From contig JAYRIM010000029.1 in assembly GCA_041906785.1 (NCBI GenBank), positions 1,149 to 65,148 of the forward strand: a stretch of DNA of 64,000 nt. The letters run 5' to 3'. Position numbers and translations under genes: made by a program. Positions 54,501-63,998 of this stretch are shown in pieces. A model generated the notes under the pieces. The model saw only the letters and a list, made by a program, of their open reading frames with translations. It did no database searches and was not told where the DNA came from. Every line of letters begins with the position of its first letter. Within the stretch, counting starts at the first letter, position 1. Source of the DNA: Candidatus Levyibacteriota bacterium (GTDB lineage Bacteria > Patescibacteriota > Microgenomatia > Levybacterales > UBA12049).

Positions 54501-57500
54501 GATAACATGCTGTTGTATTGCTTCCTCGACAAGCATACAGATAATCACCGCTTCCAGGATCAACGAGGAAACCATCTCCTCCTACCGTAACACCTATACC
54601 TAAATCTGCTACAGCCGGATCACTCCATGTATTTGCTCCAATATCATATCGGTAAAATGATACTGCTCCATTTCCACGTAGAGCATAGATATAACTCCCT
54701 CGTAATATTAAATCTCCACCTGCGCCGATGGTTGCTGGTGTAACAGCCAAGGTACTCCATCTGCTCCCTGCAGAAGCTTGAGTATCAAATCGATAAAATG
54801 TTGTTGTATTTGCACCGCGAAGAACATAAATATATCTACTGCCATCATAGACCATTGACGCACCGGCACCAATATCGGCAGGAGGTAAATCATTTGTTAA
54901 CTCCGACCATGTATCTGTCCCTATATCATAGACAAAAAACTTTCTAAAAATATTACTGATCAATGCATAAATCTTGTTATTTGTTGAGTCATATACTAAA
55001 TCTCCTCCGGTAGAAAACCCTGCAGGAGCATCTGCCATTTGAGTTACTTCACCGGTAACTTCGTTATAACGAATGAATACATTGTTAAAGCCTCCTTGCG
55101 TAATATAGAAATTGTTATTATCACCTTTTACAATATCTGCTCCTGTACTAAAGCTAAGATATTCTGTACCACGAAAGATGGGAGCTAATATACCTCTTGT
55201 TGGAATAAGCCATGAATTTTTTGAAATATTATATCTATAGAAAACGTTTGATCCCGCTCCTCTCACTATATATATGTATCCACTAACAATTCTCATTGCG
55301 GTTCCACTAGACATAACTAGAGGAGTTTCGGCTAACTCAGTCCATGTCTGGGTATCAAGTGAATATTTATACATAAAAGGCCTATCCCAACCAGGCGTGA
55401 AGTAAACTGCATTTGTAGTTGAGTCGTATTCTATTTGTCCACCATAATATGCAAGAGAAGGGACATTTGGCAGCGTTGACCATGTACCGCTTGCAATAGA
55501 ATACTGTGCGAATCCAGACCGTGTATTTCCTTGTATGGCATAAATTTTATCCCCGCCATCATAGGCTAAGTCACCACCAATATAAATAAGATTATTTACT
55601 TGATCTGTTGGTGACCCAAAGTCAACGTTTGTTAGAACCTCCCAACTATCAACCGATGTATCATATCGCATAAATGTATCATCGTTATTACCTTTCAGCG
55701 CGTAAATATATCGTGATCCGTCATATTTTAAGTCGCTACCATAATCGAACGGCTGAGGGGCATCAGCCGCTGCAACGTCTGACCAAGTATCATTTGCAAT
55801 ATCATATCGCCAAAATGTTGTGGTATTTTGACCACGTGCAGCATATAAGTATCCAGAAGGGCCTTCTGTTAATGCTCCTCCATTATTCACAGAAGCAGGA
55901 GCAACTGCTTTTGAAGTCCACGTATCAGTATCTATGACATATTCATAAAATGTAGTAGTATTTGAACCTCGAAAAGTATAGAGTTTATTTGAAGAAGAAA
56001 CATAGGCAAAACTTGCTCCATAGCTAAACCCCGCAGGCGCAAGGCTAAGCCGTTCCTGCTGCCAAAATCCAGATTTACTCGCAATTTTTATAGTATCTGA
56101 AGCTGTAGTACTATTCGATACTGTTCCTGTACTAAAATCGGACGTCGTAGTAGCACTTACAGAAGTTGGTGATACACCCGTGTATATATAGCTAAAACCA
56201 GTAACTGCTGCAGCAATATTTCCGGCACTATCCTTTGTCTTTAAACGAAGATAATAAGTACCGTTTGATAAAGGTACAGTCACGGTATAATTTGTAGTTG
56301 TTTGTAAACTGCCAGAAACAGATGGATCAGCAGAGCTATCTGTACCGAAATATACATAATAACCAGCAACACTTGTCTCTGTGTCACTTGCACCACTCCA
56401 TGTAAAATATGGCGCAGCATAACTGTACGAGTTGCCACTTACGAGAGCTGTTCCACTTGCCGCCTGGGATGATCCAGTGAATACAGAAGGATTTGAAGGA
56501 GAATTAGTATCTCCTGTGTATGTTACTGTAATTGATGATAAAGTTGGTGTAGAAGATTGACCTGTCGAGGCCACCAGTGTAGCACGAACTTGTAAATATC
56601 GCCTTGCTGGCGATGCGATAGTTCCACTGCTAACACTTTGCCAATTTGACCATGTTGCCCGATCTGTACTAGATCGTGTCTCATATGTGACAGATGAGTC
56701 ACTTGGTGTTGTACTCGATGACGAAAGAGAAGTCCAACTTGCAACATATGTTAAATCCAGTACCGAGCTAGTCCATGTACCGCTTGATACATAATTGTTT
56801 GCACTTACAGTATACGTATGCATTTGAAGAAAATTAGCACCTGGAATAAAATAAAGTGTGCCTGAACCATCTGACTCTAACGACGCACCGTTGTAGGGGC
56901 CAATATTTTGCGCATAGTTTCCGGGTAAATACGGAAGCCTTCTCCATGAATTACCGCTTATAGAATATTCCCAGAAATCTCGCTTATAATATCCAGCCGT
57001 AGCATAAATCTTTCCAGAGTAGTATGTAATATCTACTCCATAATACGGAGAAAAAGGCAAAGATGTAAGAACTGACCAGCTATCCGACCCGACAGTATAT
57101 TTCAAGATCTGCGTCATGCCTGTACCGGTAATATAAAAAAGATTTGTTCCATCAGAGATAAGACGAGCACCATATGCAGCTTCAGCGTCATCAGGTAAAT
57201 CAGAAACAGCCACATCACTCCAGGTATTACTGCTGATACTGTATCGATAAAAGCTCCGTGTAGTGGCACCGCGTGTTCCATAAATATAATCACCAGAACC
57301 AGGATAAACCAGAGTCCCTCCGTTCTGAATAGTAGCAGGCGCATCGGCCAGCTGAGTCCATGCAGCTGTCCCTGTATTATAGGAATAAAATGTCAACGTA
57401 TTGCTTCCACGAAGAAAATATAAAATACTGCCTGCTACAACTCCTTTCGTATCATCTCCAAATGTATTTGGCGCGCTGGTTAGTGTCGTCCAGGTATTTG

Positions 57501-58629
57501 TTGAAGGTGAATATGAATAAAAATTTGCAGAGCCATTTCCCCTAAGAAAATAAAGTGTGCTGTTATAATAAAGTAAATCTGCTCCGGTTCCAGGCGTATT
57601 TGGTAAATCGGCAGCACCAAGAAATGTATCCCCAGCAATATTATATTTCCAAAAATCATATGTTCCATTCCCTCTGAAGACATACGCATAGCCATCTCCA
57701 CTATGATATACCAGACCAACATACCGTGTAACTTGTGGTGTGTTGGTTAGCGTTGTCCATGCATTTGTGCTAATTTGGTATCGATAAAATGTTTGCGTTC
57801 CTTGATCACGTGTAAGATAGATAAAATCTCCATTTCCATCCATATTATGATCTTCATTAATCGTTCCAGGAGTATTCGTCATTGTAGACCATGTACCAGC
57901 ACCGATATCATATCTGTAGAAGGTTTGTGTTCCGCCTCCCCGAGGGGTATAAAGATATCCGCTTTTATAGTATAAGGTAGACCCACTATTCAGTGTTGCT
58001 GGAGTACTCGTTATCGTAGACCACGTATTTGAAGATACTGTATATTTCCAAAAATCTGTTGTACCATTAGACCGAATTGCAAAAATGTTTGTACCGTCTG
58101 TCGCTATAGATGCGCCATTTGCAACAAGCTCAGGTAAATTTGATAGACTTGTCCAGGTATTATCAGCTATAGAATAACGTGCGAATTCTTTCTGATATCC
58201 ACCGAATTCAGCATAAATATAATTACCAAGGACGACTAAATCGGCACCAACATAAGCATAATGAGGAGCTGATGCAAGCGTCTTCCATTTATTTTCGCTA
58301 GGAACATATCGCATAAACAAATTATCATTACTGGCTAAAACATAAATGTATGTTCCATCACTGACAATCGCTGCTTGATCGCTAAGCGAAATATGAGGTG
58401 TATGGAATACGCGAGGTCCCCAACTTCCTGCGGGTGTGAGTTTTATATCCCCTTCTTTGCTTTGTGATTCAGTGTTATTAAATTCTCCATTATCAAAATC
58501 CACACGCGATGTTAACGTTGTCGAGGCTGCTTCTACTCTCTGAGGGGAACTGTATAACACGATATACCACGGAAAACTCAGCGAAACAATCTCTAGAATG
58601 ATCAGGAACGTCTTTAGTATAGATCTCAT
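51511..58629 (-). CDS. Giant (2372 aa) cell-surface protein with an N-terminal signal/anchor, multiple Kelch-like beta-propeller repeats and multiple fibronectin-type-III-like domains
   Basis: N-terminal hydrophobic segment. Dozens of repeats of the form G..TFYRY.I..N.W..L (FYRYDIGAGTWSTM, FYRYQISTNAWTTL, FYSYSPSTNTWTTL and others). FN3-like modules end in YYLRLKTKDSAGN, YYLRIKTKDDAGN, FYVRAKDAAGN and YYYKVLWTDEDGN. Confidence 0.85.
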   Translation of the reverse strand: MRSILKTFLIILEIVSLSFPWYIVLYSSPQRVEAASTTLTSRVDFDNGEFNNTESQSKEGDIKLTPAGSWGPRVFHTPHISLSDQAAIVSDGTYIYVLASNDNLFMRYVPSENKWKTLASAPHYAYVGADLVVLGNYIYAEFGGYQKEFARYSIADNTWTSLSNLPELVANGASIATDGTNIFAIRSNGTTDFWKYTVSSNTWSTITSTPATLNSGSTLYYKSGYLYTPRGGGTQTFYRYDIGAGTWSTMTNTPGTINEDHNMDGNGDFIYLTRDQGTQTFYRYQISTNAWTTLTNTPQVTRYVGLVYHSGDGYAYVFRGNGTYDFWKYNIAGDTFLGAADLPNTPGTGADLLYYNSTLYFLRGNGSANFYSYSPSTNTWTTLTSAPNTFGDDTKGVVAGSILYFLRGSNTLTFYSYNTGTAAWTQLADAPATIQNGGTLVYPGSGDYIYGTRGATTRSFYRYSISSNTWSDVAVSDLPDDAEAAYGARLISDGTNLFYITGTGMTQILKYTVGSDSWSVLTSLPFSPYYGVDITYYSGKIYATAGYYKRDFWEYSISGNSWRRLPYLPGNYAQNIGPYNGASLESDGSGTLYFIPGANFLQMHTYTVSANNYVSSGTWTSSVLDLTYVASWTSLSSSSTTPSDSSVTYETRSSTDRATWSNWQSVSSGTIASPARRYLQVRATLVASTGQSSTPTLSSITVTYTGDTNSPSNPSVFTGSSQAASGTALVSGNSYSYAAPYFTWSGASDTETSVAGYYVYFGTDSSADPSVSGSLQTTTNYTVTVPLSNGTYYLRLKTKDSAGNIAAAVTGFSYIYTGVSPTSVSATTTSDFSTGTVSNSTTASDTIKIASKSGFWQQERLSLAPAGFSYGASFAYVSSSNKLYTFRGSNTTTFYEYVIDTDTWTSKAVAPASVNNGGALTEGPSGYLYAARGQNTTTFWRYDIANDTWSDVAAADAPQPFDYGSDLKYDGSRYIYALKGNNDDTFMRYDTSVDSWEVLTNVDFGSPTDQVNNLIYIGGDLAYDGGDKIYAIQGNTRSGFAQYSIASGTWSTLPNVPSLAYYGGQIEYDSTTNAVYFTPGWDRPFMYKYSLDTQTWTELAETPLVMSSGTAMRIVSGYIYIVRGAGSNVFYRYNISKNSWLIPTRGILAPIFRGTEYLSFSTGADIVKGDNNNFYITQGGFNNVFIRYNEVTGEVTQMADAPAGFSTGGDLVYDSTNNKIYALISNIFRKFFVYDIGTDTWSELTNDLPPADIGAGASMVYDGSRYIYVLRGANTTTFYRFDTQASAGSRWSTLAVTPATIGAGGDLILRGSYIYALRGNGAVSFYRYDIGANTWSDPAVADLGIGVTVGGDGFLVDPGSGDYLYACRGSNTTACYQYSISGNTWSALSSASANITSGGAAATNGSSKIFVLAGAGTNTYGNGLYTYVMQTATSSFQESGSFTSGAHDLTSTYRFANLSLTWNSATNSAVAVYTRTSSDNSTWSSWAEASEIKSIATTNTYKINSTANRYIQVKLTITSSDGVYSGSVDDYSINFYRDTTAPTNASSLTAYTSATQAASITTNTWYNYSAPNFDWPDAEAANGATDTSTGSGVTGYYVYFGTDSSADPQIDGVLQSGSVYTGSSLTSGNVYYLRIKTKDDAGNVSSSTWEPFIYKFDNVAPSNPTTVIATPPGYTNTNSFDFSWSGATDSASTIAQYCYKTGASGSTDTCISATSVSNLTAYQTGTNTFYVRAKDAAGNIASDYANASFYYSSTAPGAPQSLEVSPVSNTVNEFAFSWQPPATYSGAQSGLRYYYSVNALPTAQNVNAIGLTTTYVSAGAYATVPGANTFYVVAKDEAGNIDYNNYASVTFTANTSAPGVARNMDISDVSVKSTKNWRLAISWDAPTSSGSGIANYKVYRSTTSSAVCTTSDSSFSYTASTTTESYVDTNLSQQKYYYCVKACDSTNNCSAYSDTVSFLPDGKWTEAPTMTASASATVKTKAATIAWSTSRTSNSFVKYGTKSGDYGEEVGSSTHVSYHEISLSGLNPGTKYYYKVLWTDEDGNTGSSSELTFETDPAPFVSNVKALNTSITSTYLSFTVKNATKVTIQYGKSLSYGGTKDVSTSKSETQHTILLDDLDEGTEYHYRIVGEDEDGNTFAGDDYSFETLPVPKIVQLKVQQVAGLPTATLRLLWTSNTEISTIVSYYPDNNSSAVKDFINLKLTKSHDVLLKDLRDDSNYVITVKGKDAAGNEAIYPVQKIKTAVDFRAPEIQNMSVESTIVGVGDESKAQIIVSWDTDEPATTQVEYAEGSGGAYGQSTQEDPAMTTNHIVTITGLTPAKIYHLRAISKDKGSNNGKSPDYVVVTPKSTKDALNLVIDNLSKTFGFLKGKEK

Positions 58630-58899
58630 AGTTTAATAACTGCTCGTTCCTGCCTGAAAATAAAAGTGCTGTTATGATTTACCGTCAAAAACAGCACTCT
58701 AGTATTTAAACTCTACTATATTTATAGTAGATAAATTGCATGGCTAAAGTCAATAGATTTTACTGAACCATATTCAATCATAAGACTCCACAAAATAATT
58801 CTCTCTGAATATATCAAAGTATAACTTAAAGCGTTAAACCTACTACTCATGATGAACCTATATATTTAAAATAAAGAGGGAATATTTATCAGTCTACCT

Positions 58900-59781
58900 T
58901 CATCTACCGTCATGTGAAGTATTTTGTTTTTTTAATTTCTCTTTAAAAAGAGATAACACATATTTAAATATAGCAATATAGAGAATTCTCTTCACCCGCC
59001 ATGGTTGACGTATCAGACGATATAACCATTCGAAGCCTAATCGTCGGATTATTTTCGGAGCTCGTGGAACTGTACCGCTAATATAATCAAATGCTCCACC
59101 AACTCCCATCATCATTCTAACAGGCAGTTTTTCAAGGTGTTCAGCTATCCATTTTTCCTGTTTCGGATGACCGAATGCTACGAAGAGTATATCTATTTGC
59201 TTACCAACTCGAACATCTTCAACATTTTTATGTTTCCCATCTCTTTTCGCTGAATCACGCTGAGCTATACGCTGAATCAGGCTGAAGTTTTGTTCTGCGT
59301 CTTTCTGCGTATTGATCAGCGTTTTTCCGCGCTGCCAAGTGCTGAAGTCAAAACCTTCTTCCCTCCATTCACTGGAAACGAAAACAATATTAAGTCCTGG
59401 GTATTTAGACAACAAGCAGTTGGCAGTTTCCTCTGCTACCCCAGCTTGAGCACCCAATAATCCTACTGTGACAGCCCAATCTGCGCTTTTACCACAGAGT
59501 GTCTCCATGAAATCTGTACCAGTAATCCGCTCTTTAAAGTGTATTCCGAAGAGTTTACTGAATAGTGTAATACCTTTACCATCAGGTAAGGCTATTTCAG
59601 CAGTATTGAGAATATTCCTAAACGAAGTGTCCTTATTTGCAAGCACTATCATCTCAGGGTTTGGGGTAACGATATAGAATTTTCTAGATGTTTTTTCCAA
59701 TAACTCTTTAATATGCTCTAGGATATGAGTCTCTGTTTCATTTGTAATGTTAACACCGATGAATTTTTCTTTTCTCAACAT
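58900..59781 (-). CDS. WecB/TagA/CpsF-family glycosyltransferase (GT26, N-acetylmannosaminyltransferase-like)
   Basis: 293 aa. FGHPKQEKWIAEH...MGVGGAFDYISGTVPRAP...LYRLIRQPWR matches the family's conserved C-terminal region. Confidence 0.8.
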   Translation of the reverse strand: MLRKEKFIGVNITNETETHILEHIKELLEKTSRKFYIVTPNPEMIVLANKDTSFRNILNTAEIALPDGKGITLFSKLFGIHFKERITGTDFMETLCGKSADWAVTVGLLGAQAGVAEETANCLLSKYPGLNIVFVSSEWREEGFDFSTWQRGKTLINTQKDAEQNFSLIQRIAQRDSAKRDGKHKNVEDVRVGKQIDILFVAFGHPKQEKWIAEHLEKLPVRMMMGVGGAFDYISGTVPRAPKIIRRLGFEWLYRLIRQPWRVKRILYIAIFKYVLSLFKEKLKKQNTSHDGR

Positions 59782-60019
59782 AAAATATTTTACTACAAGA
59801 CTTAAGACTTAAACCATTTTCCTTTTTGATTCTCTATTTTGTACAAATTGACTATTCAGATATTGTGCTCGAGATTATCCAGGCAAAGCTAAAAATCTGT
59901 AAAGTTATTAAAGTATATCTATAGGCTATACTTTATGTGAAAATTATGGATATTATTTAATGTTCTGAATCTCTCCTGTATAAAAAGTCTACAATTATAA
60001 GATCTAAAGCCTACAAGTT

Positions 60020-60070
60020 CATAACCTTAACCAATAACTTACAACTCACAACCTACAACCCACAACTATT
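60020..60070. repeat. Heptamer-periodic tract (ATAACTT ACAACTC ACAACCT ACAACCC ACAACTA)
   Basis: 7-nt periodic ACAACNN units immediately downstream of the mreB stop. Confidence 0.6.
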
Positions 60071-61196
60071 TTTTAATACTTCTTTTATATAATTCTATAT
60101 TTTCCATTGCTACTCCTGTTCCCCGGACAACACATAATAACGGATCAGGCGCTACATGGCATGGGACACCAGTTATCTGAGTCATCAACTTATCTAGATT
60201 CTTAAGAAGAGATGTTCCCCCACTCATTACAATTCCCTTGTCAATTATATCACTAGCTAATTCAGGAGGACATTGTTCGAGTACTGTTTTCGGTCCTTCG
60301 ATTATTTCTTTCAATACAGGAAGAATTGCTTCATTCACATGCTCTTCGGTTAGCTCAATACTTCTAGGTAATCCTGTGACATTATCCCGCCCACGAATCT
60401 CCTGAGTTTTTTTTTCAGCCGTATGCATAAGGTTACCTTCATCAATATCTACACTTTTTGACATTTGAGATTTCGATCCTTCGATGAAGGTACTCCCCTT
60501 GTGGGAGACATTTGAGATTTGCGAGTCTTCGAGCATTGCATTTCCCATCTCAATTTTTATCTGCTCCGCTGTTGTCTCACCTACTAAAAGATTAAATTTC
60601 CGGCGTATATAATTTGCTATTGCTTCATCAATTTTATTCCCTGCCACACGAACCGAACTATGCACAACCGCACCTCCGAGAGAAATAACAGCTGACTCAG
60701 TTGATCCACCACCGATATTTACAATCATGTGTCCAGCAGGCTGTGCTATAGGAATTCTTGCACCAATAGCTGCAGCTAATGGTTCATCTATTAAATATGC
60801 CACTTTCGCACCTGCGGCCATAGTCGCGTCGAGCACTGCTCTGCGTTCTACCTGCGTCACGCCTGAAGGAATACATACCATCACTTCAGGCTTAAAGAAA
60901 CGGGATTTGCCGCATGCTCTATTAATAAAATAGGTTAACATCGCTTCCGTAATCGTATAGTCCGCTATTACTCCATCCCGCATTGGCCGCATCGCAATCA
61001 CATTTCCTGGCGTTCTACCAAGCATTTCTTTCGCTTCTTTTCCTACTGCAACTACTTTATTTTCTTCTGCAGTTACTGCAACTACTGTCGGTTCATTTAA
61101 TACAATGCCTTCTCCCACAACATACACCACAGTGTTTGCTGTACCAAGGTCAATACCAATTTTTTTAGCTGTGGGAAAAGTAAACATACTGAACAA
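60066..61196 (-). CDS. mreB: Rod-shape-determining actin homologue MreB, with a ~40-aa insertion
   Basis: 376 aa. IGIDLGTANTVVYV and the actin-fold phosphate and adenosine motifs are present. The extra segment NVSHKGSTFIEGSKSQMSKSVDIDEGNLMHTAEKK is absent from typical ~345-aa MreB. Confidence 0.85.
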   Translation of the reverse strand: MFSMFTFPTAKKIGIDLGTANTVVYVVGEGIVLNEPTVVAVTAEENKVVAVGKEAKEMLGRTPGNVIAMRPMRDGVIADYTITEAMLTYFINRACGKSRFFKPEVMVCIPSGVTQVERRAVLDATMAAGAKVAYLIDEPLAAAIGARIPIAQPAGHMIVNIGGGSTESAVISLGGAVVHSSVRVAGNKIDEAIANYIRRKFNLLVGETTAEQIKIEMGNAMLEDSQISNVSHKGSTFIEGSKSQMSKSVDIDEGNLMHTAEKKTQEIRGRDNVTGLPRSIELTEEHVNEAILPVLKEIIEGPKTVLEQCPPELASDIIDKGIVMSGGTSLLKNLDKLMTQITGVPCHVAPDPLLCVVRGTGVAMENIELYKRSIKK

Positions 61197-61567
61197 TTTT
61201 AAATTTAAATAATTTAAACATTTAGATTTGATTAAAAATTTAAGATTAGAAATTAAAAATTAATACATCATACTATTATCAAACCATATCAAAAGTAGCT
61301 TTGGCTTTAGGATAATTTGATTATATACCCCTTCGCTCTCATATTACAAATTTATAATACCTAACATAGTTTTGATTTTTAGTAGTACCCTTTATAGCTA
61401 TAATAATTTCTCTTTTGAGAGCTTCGGTAGGTATATACAATTTATAAAAATCAAAACGACGTGGTATATCAATGTAATTCTATGTTGCAAGGGCGAAGAT
61501 AGAACAGATATAATAGCTATCAGTAGTCAGAATTCAGTACTCAGTTCTGAGAGGATTTGCTTTCTTA

Positions 61568-61600
61568 ACTAACCACTGATAACTGTCCACTGACAATCGT
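61568..61600. repeat. Heptamer-periodic tract (AACCACT GATAACT GTCCACT GACAATC)
   Basis: Lies immediately upstream of the start codon at 61601. Confidence 0.45.
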
Positions 61601-62800
61601 ATGCGCAGACAACTACTCTCTTCTATATTTATTTTATTTCTGTTACTAGCAGCTACTGTACTTGTCATTCTCTATGGAAAAGGATATAGAATCGGGAATC
61701 TCTTTAATGGCCGGCCAACTATCTCAAAAACGGGATTACTCGTAACGACAAGTGTGCCTGATGGTGCGCAAGTTTTTATTAATGGGAATTTAACAACCGC
61801 AACTGATGATACGATCGATCTTCTTCCCGGCGAATATACAGTAAAGATTACTAAAGAAGGCTACTTCCCTTGGGAGAAAAAGGTACAGATTCAAAAAGAA
61901 GTCGTCACGAAAGCCGATGCATTACTTTTTCCTACAGCGCCTCGTTTAGAAAATATAACATCAAGTGGTATAGAACATCCTGTGCTCGATCCTTCAGGGA
62001 AAAAGTTGGCGTTTCGTGTCGCCTCACAATCTGCAAGAAAAAACGGATTATATGTACTTGATATGAATTCGACCCCTATTTTAACTTTAAGTAGTTCAGC
62101 TCGCCAAATAACAGATGATGTCACTGACTTTTTTTCAAAAGCAACATATGAGTGGAGTCCAGATGGCGAAGAAATTATCGCGACAATTACAAATGACGAA
62201 ACTCAGTTGTCTACATATTATTTGCTCCGGGCTAACACATTTAATACCACCCCTCAAAACATTACAGCCACACTTCCTACTATAAAAGATACCTGGGAAA
62301 CTGAACGACAAGAAAAAGCTGAAGCAAGAATAAGTGGATTACCGAAAAAATTAAAATCATTAATTACAGATAATTTTAAGATTATTTCATGGTCTCCTGA
62401 CGATACTAAAATTCTGTATACAGCCTCACGATCTGCTGAAATACCGATGGTTATAACTCCACGACATATTGGACTTGATCTCATGCGCGAAGTAAGAAAT
62501 ATAGAGGAAGGAAATGTCTATGTCTATGATATTTCAGATGATTTCAACACGAAGATTCTCGATAAAAGTGAACCAACTCTTCCTGTGCAATGGATGCCTG
62601 ATTCTGACCATTTAGTTATAGTTCGAGATAATAAGATACAGATTTTGGAAGATGATGGAACAAATAACACGACTGTCTATGCTGGACCGTTTGTAAATAG
62701 TTATGTCTTCCCATGGCCGAATGTCTCAAAGCTCGTGATTTTAACAAACTTCAACAACGCAGGCGCTCCTGCTAACCTCTATACAATCGGTCTCAAGTAG
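61601..62800 (+). CDS. PEGA-domain protein with a TolB-like beta-propeller region
   Basis: 399 aa. N-terminal TM helix, a PEGA-like segment (VPDGAQVFINGNLTT...LLPGEYTVKITKEGYFPWEKKVQIQ), then WSPDG / SWSPDD repeats. Confidence 0.6.
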   Translation: MRRQLLSSIFILFLLLAATVLVILYGKGYRIGNLFNGRPTISKTGLLVTTSVPDGAQVFINGNLTTATDDTIDLLPGEYTVKITKEGYFPWEKKVQIQKEVVTKADALLFPTAPRLENITSSGIEHPVLDPSGKKLAFRVASQSARKNGLYVLDMNSTPILTLSSSARQITDDVTDFFSKATYEWSPDGEEIIATITNDETQLSTYYLLRANTFNTTPQNITATLPTIKDTWETERQEKAEARISGLPKKLKSLITDNFKIISWSPDDTKILYTASRSAEIPMVITPRHIGLDLMREVRNIEEGNVYVYDISDDFNTKILDKSEPTLPVQWMPDSDHLVIVRDNKIQILEDDGTNNTTVYAGPFVNSYVFPWPNVSKLVILTNFNNAGAPANLYTIGLK

Positions 62801-63224
62801 AATGTAGTAAGTAGTATGAGTTAAGTTACTTTACTATTCTTACTACCTGCTACAAAATACGTACTACTCAGTTAATAGAAATAAATTTTATTTCATGAAA
62901 GACATTGATGTTTTAAACAGAAATAGCTCAGAGTTTAGTTGATACAGGAAAAGATCAGCGTGGAAAATCTTATCATAAATGTATCAGGAACTATTTTCAC
63001 ACCTATTAGGTTCTAAATACTTGATAAAAGAACTCTTAAATCTTTTTGGATATAAGGGTAGTTTAGCGATGACAAGCAGCCTTTTCCAAGTTGTTTCTGG
63101 TGGGAACGTAAAACGTCGCAGCCCTTCTGCTAATTACTGTTTGCTAAGAGACTTGGTTTCGCTATTATAAATAGCCGCTTCCAAGTGGTACCGGGCGGCC
63201 CGCTTTTAGCGAGGCTCGCCTTAT

Positions 63225-63998
63225 CTATTTCGATTTAGGATCTTTAACTTGTAGAGAGGGTTTCGCTATAACAAAAAGACGTTTAAACGTGGTTCCCGGC
63301 GGCCAGCAGGTTTGTAATACAAGTTTTTCCTTATCTCCCCTGTCAGTTAGTAATGAAACATCACTGGGATCTGCAATACGTTTTTCAGTAACAGTATAGT
63401 TGTACCGAATATCTTGAAAATAGATTACGATCTGGTCACCTTTCTCTAATTCTTTTAATAAATAAAATACTGCGTTATACTGTCCTACATTTAATGAAGT
63501 ATCAGTTGAATGAGCGAATAAATAGATTGTTCCTCGCATTCCTGGGAAAACAGTACCTTTCGCATGTGCTACCCCATTAATAAGCACTCTGCGAAAATCT
63601 TTTTCGTTTGTTGGATCTATGTTTGGGATAATCCTTGAGGCTGCGCCAATCTTCGGTATCAAAATACTAAAATAGGTATCAGGAGATATCAGAATACGAT
63701 CTTGTGCATCACCAAAAAATGCTGACAGGACATCTGCAGAAGGATAGGATGCTTTTTTACAATTGACACAACTCTTGTCATCCTGACTACGTCCTGAGCC
63801 TGTCGAAGGACTTGTCCAGGATCGTTTTGGCTTGTGTTCAATTCTATAGGCAATACCTCTTACCTTCTCAACACGAAATCTAATTTCTTGCGAAACTGCC
63901 GGACCGAATGTCGTAAATACAAGATATAAGCCCAAGAGAATCAGAAAGTTACCAATCGTATGGATGATGAGAAATTGTATCTTTTCCTTACGAGTCAT
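63225..63998 (-). CDS. Sortase-family transpeptidase
   Basis: 257 aa. N-terminal TM anchor, His in LFAHS, catalytic TLxTC-type motif LVLQTCWP and a downstream Arg (TFKRLFV). Confidence 0.65.
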   Translation of the reverse strand: MTRKEKIQFLIIHTIGNFLILLGLYLVFTTFGPAVSQEIRFRVEKVRGIAYRIEHKPKRSWTSPSTGSGRSQDDKSCVNCKKASYPSADVLSAFFGDAQDRILISPDTYFSILIPKIGAASRIIPNIDPTNEKDFRRVLINGVAHAKGTVFPGMRGTIYLFAHSTDTSLNVGQYNAVFYLLKELEKGDQIVIYFQDIRYNYTVTEKRIADPSDVSLLTDRGDKEKLVLQTCWPPGTTFKRLFVIAKPSLQVKDPKSK

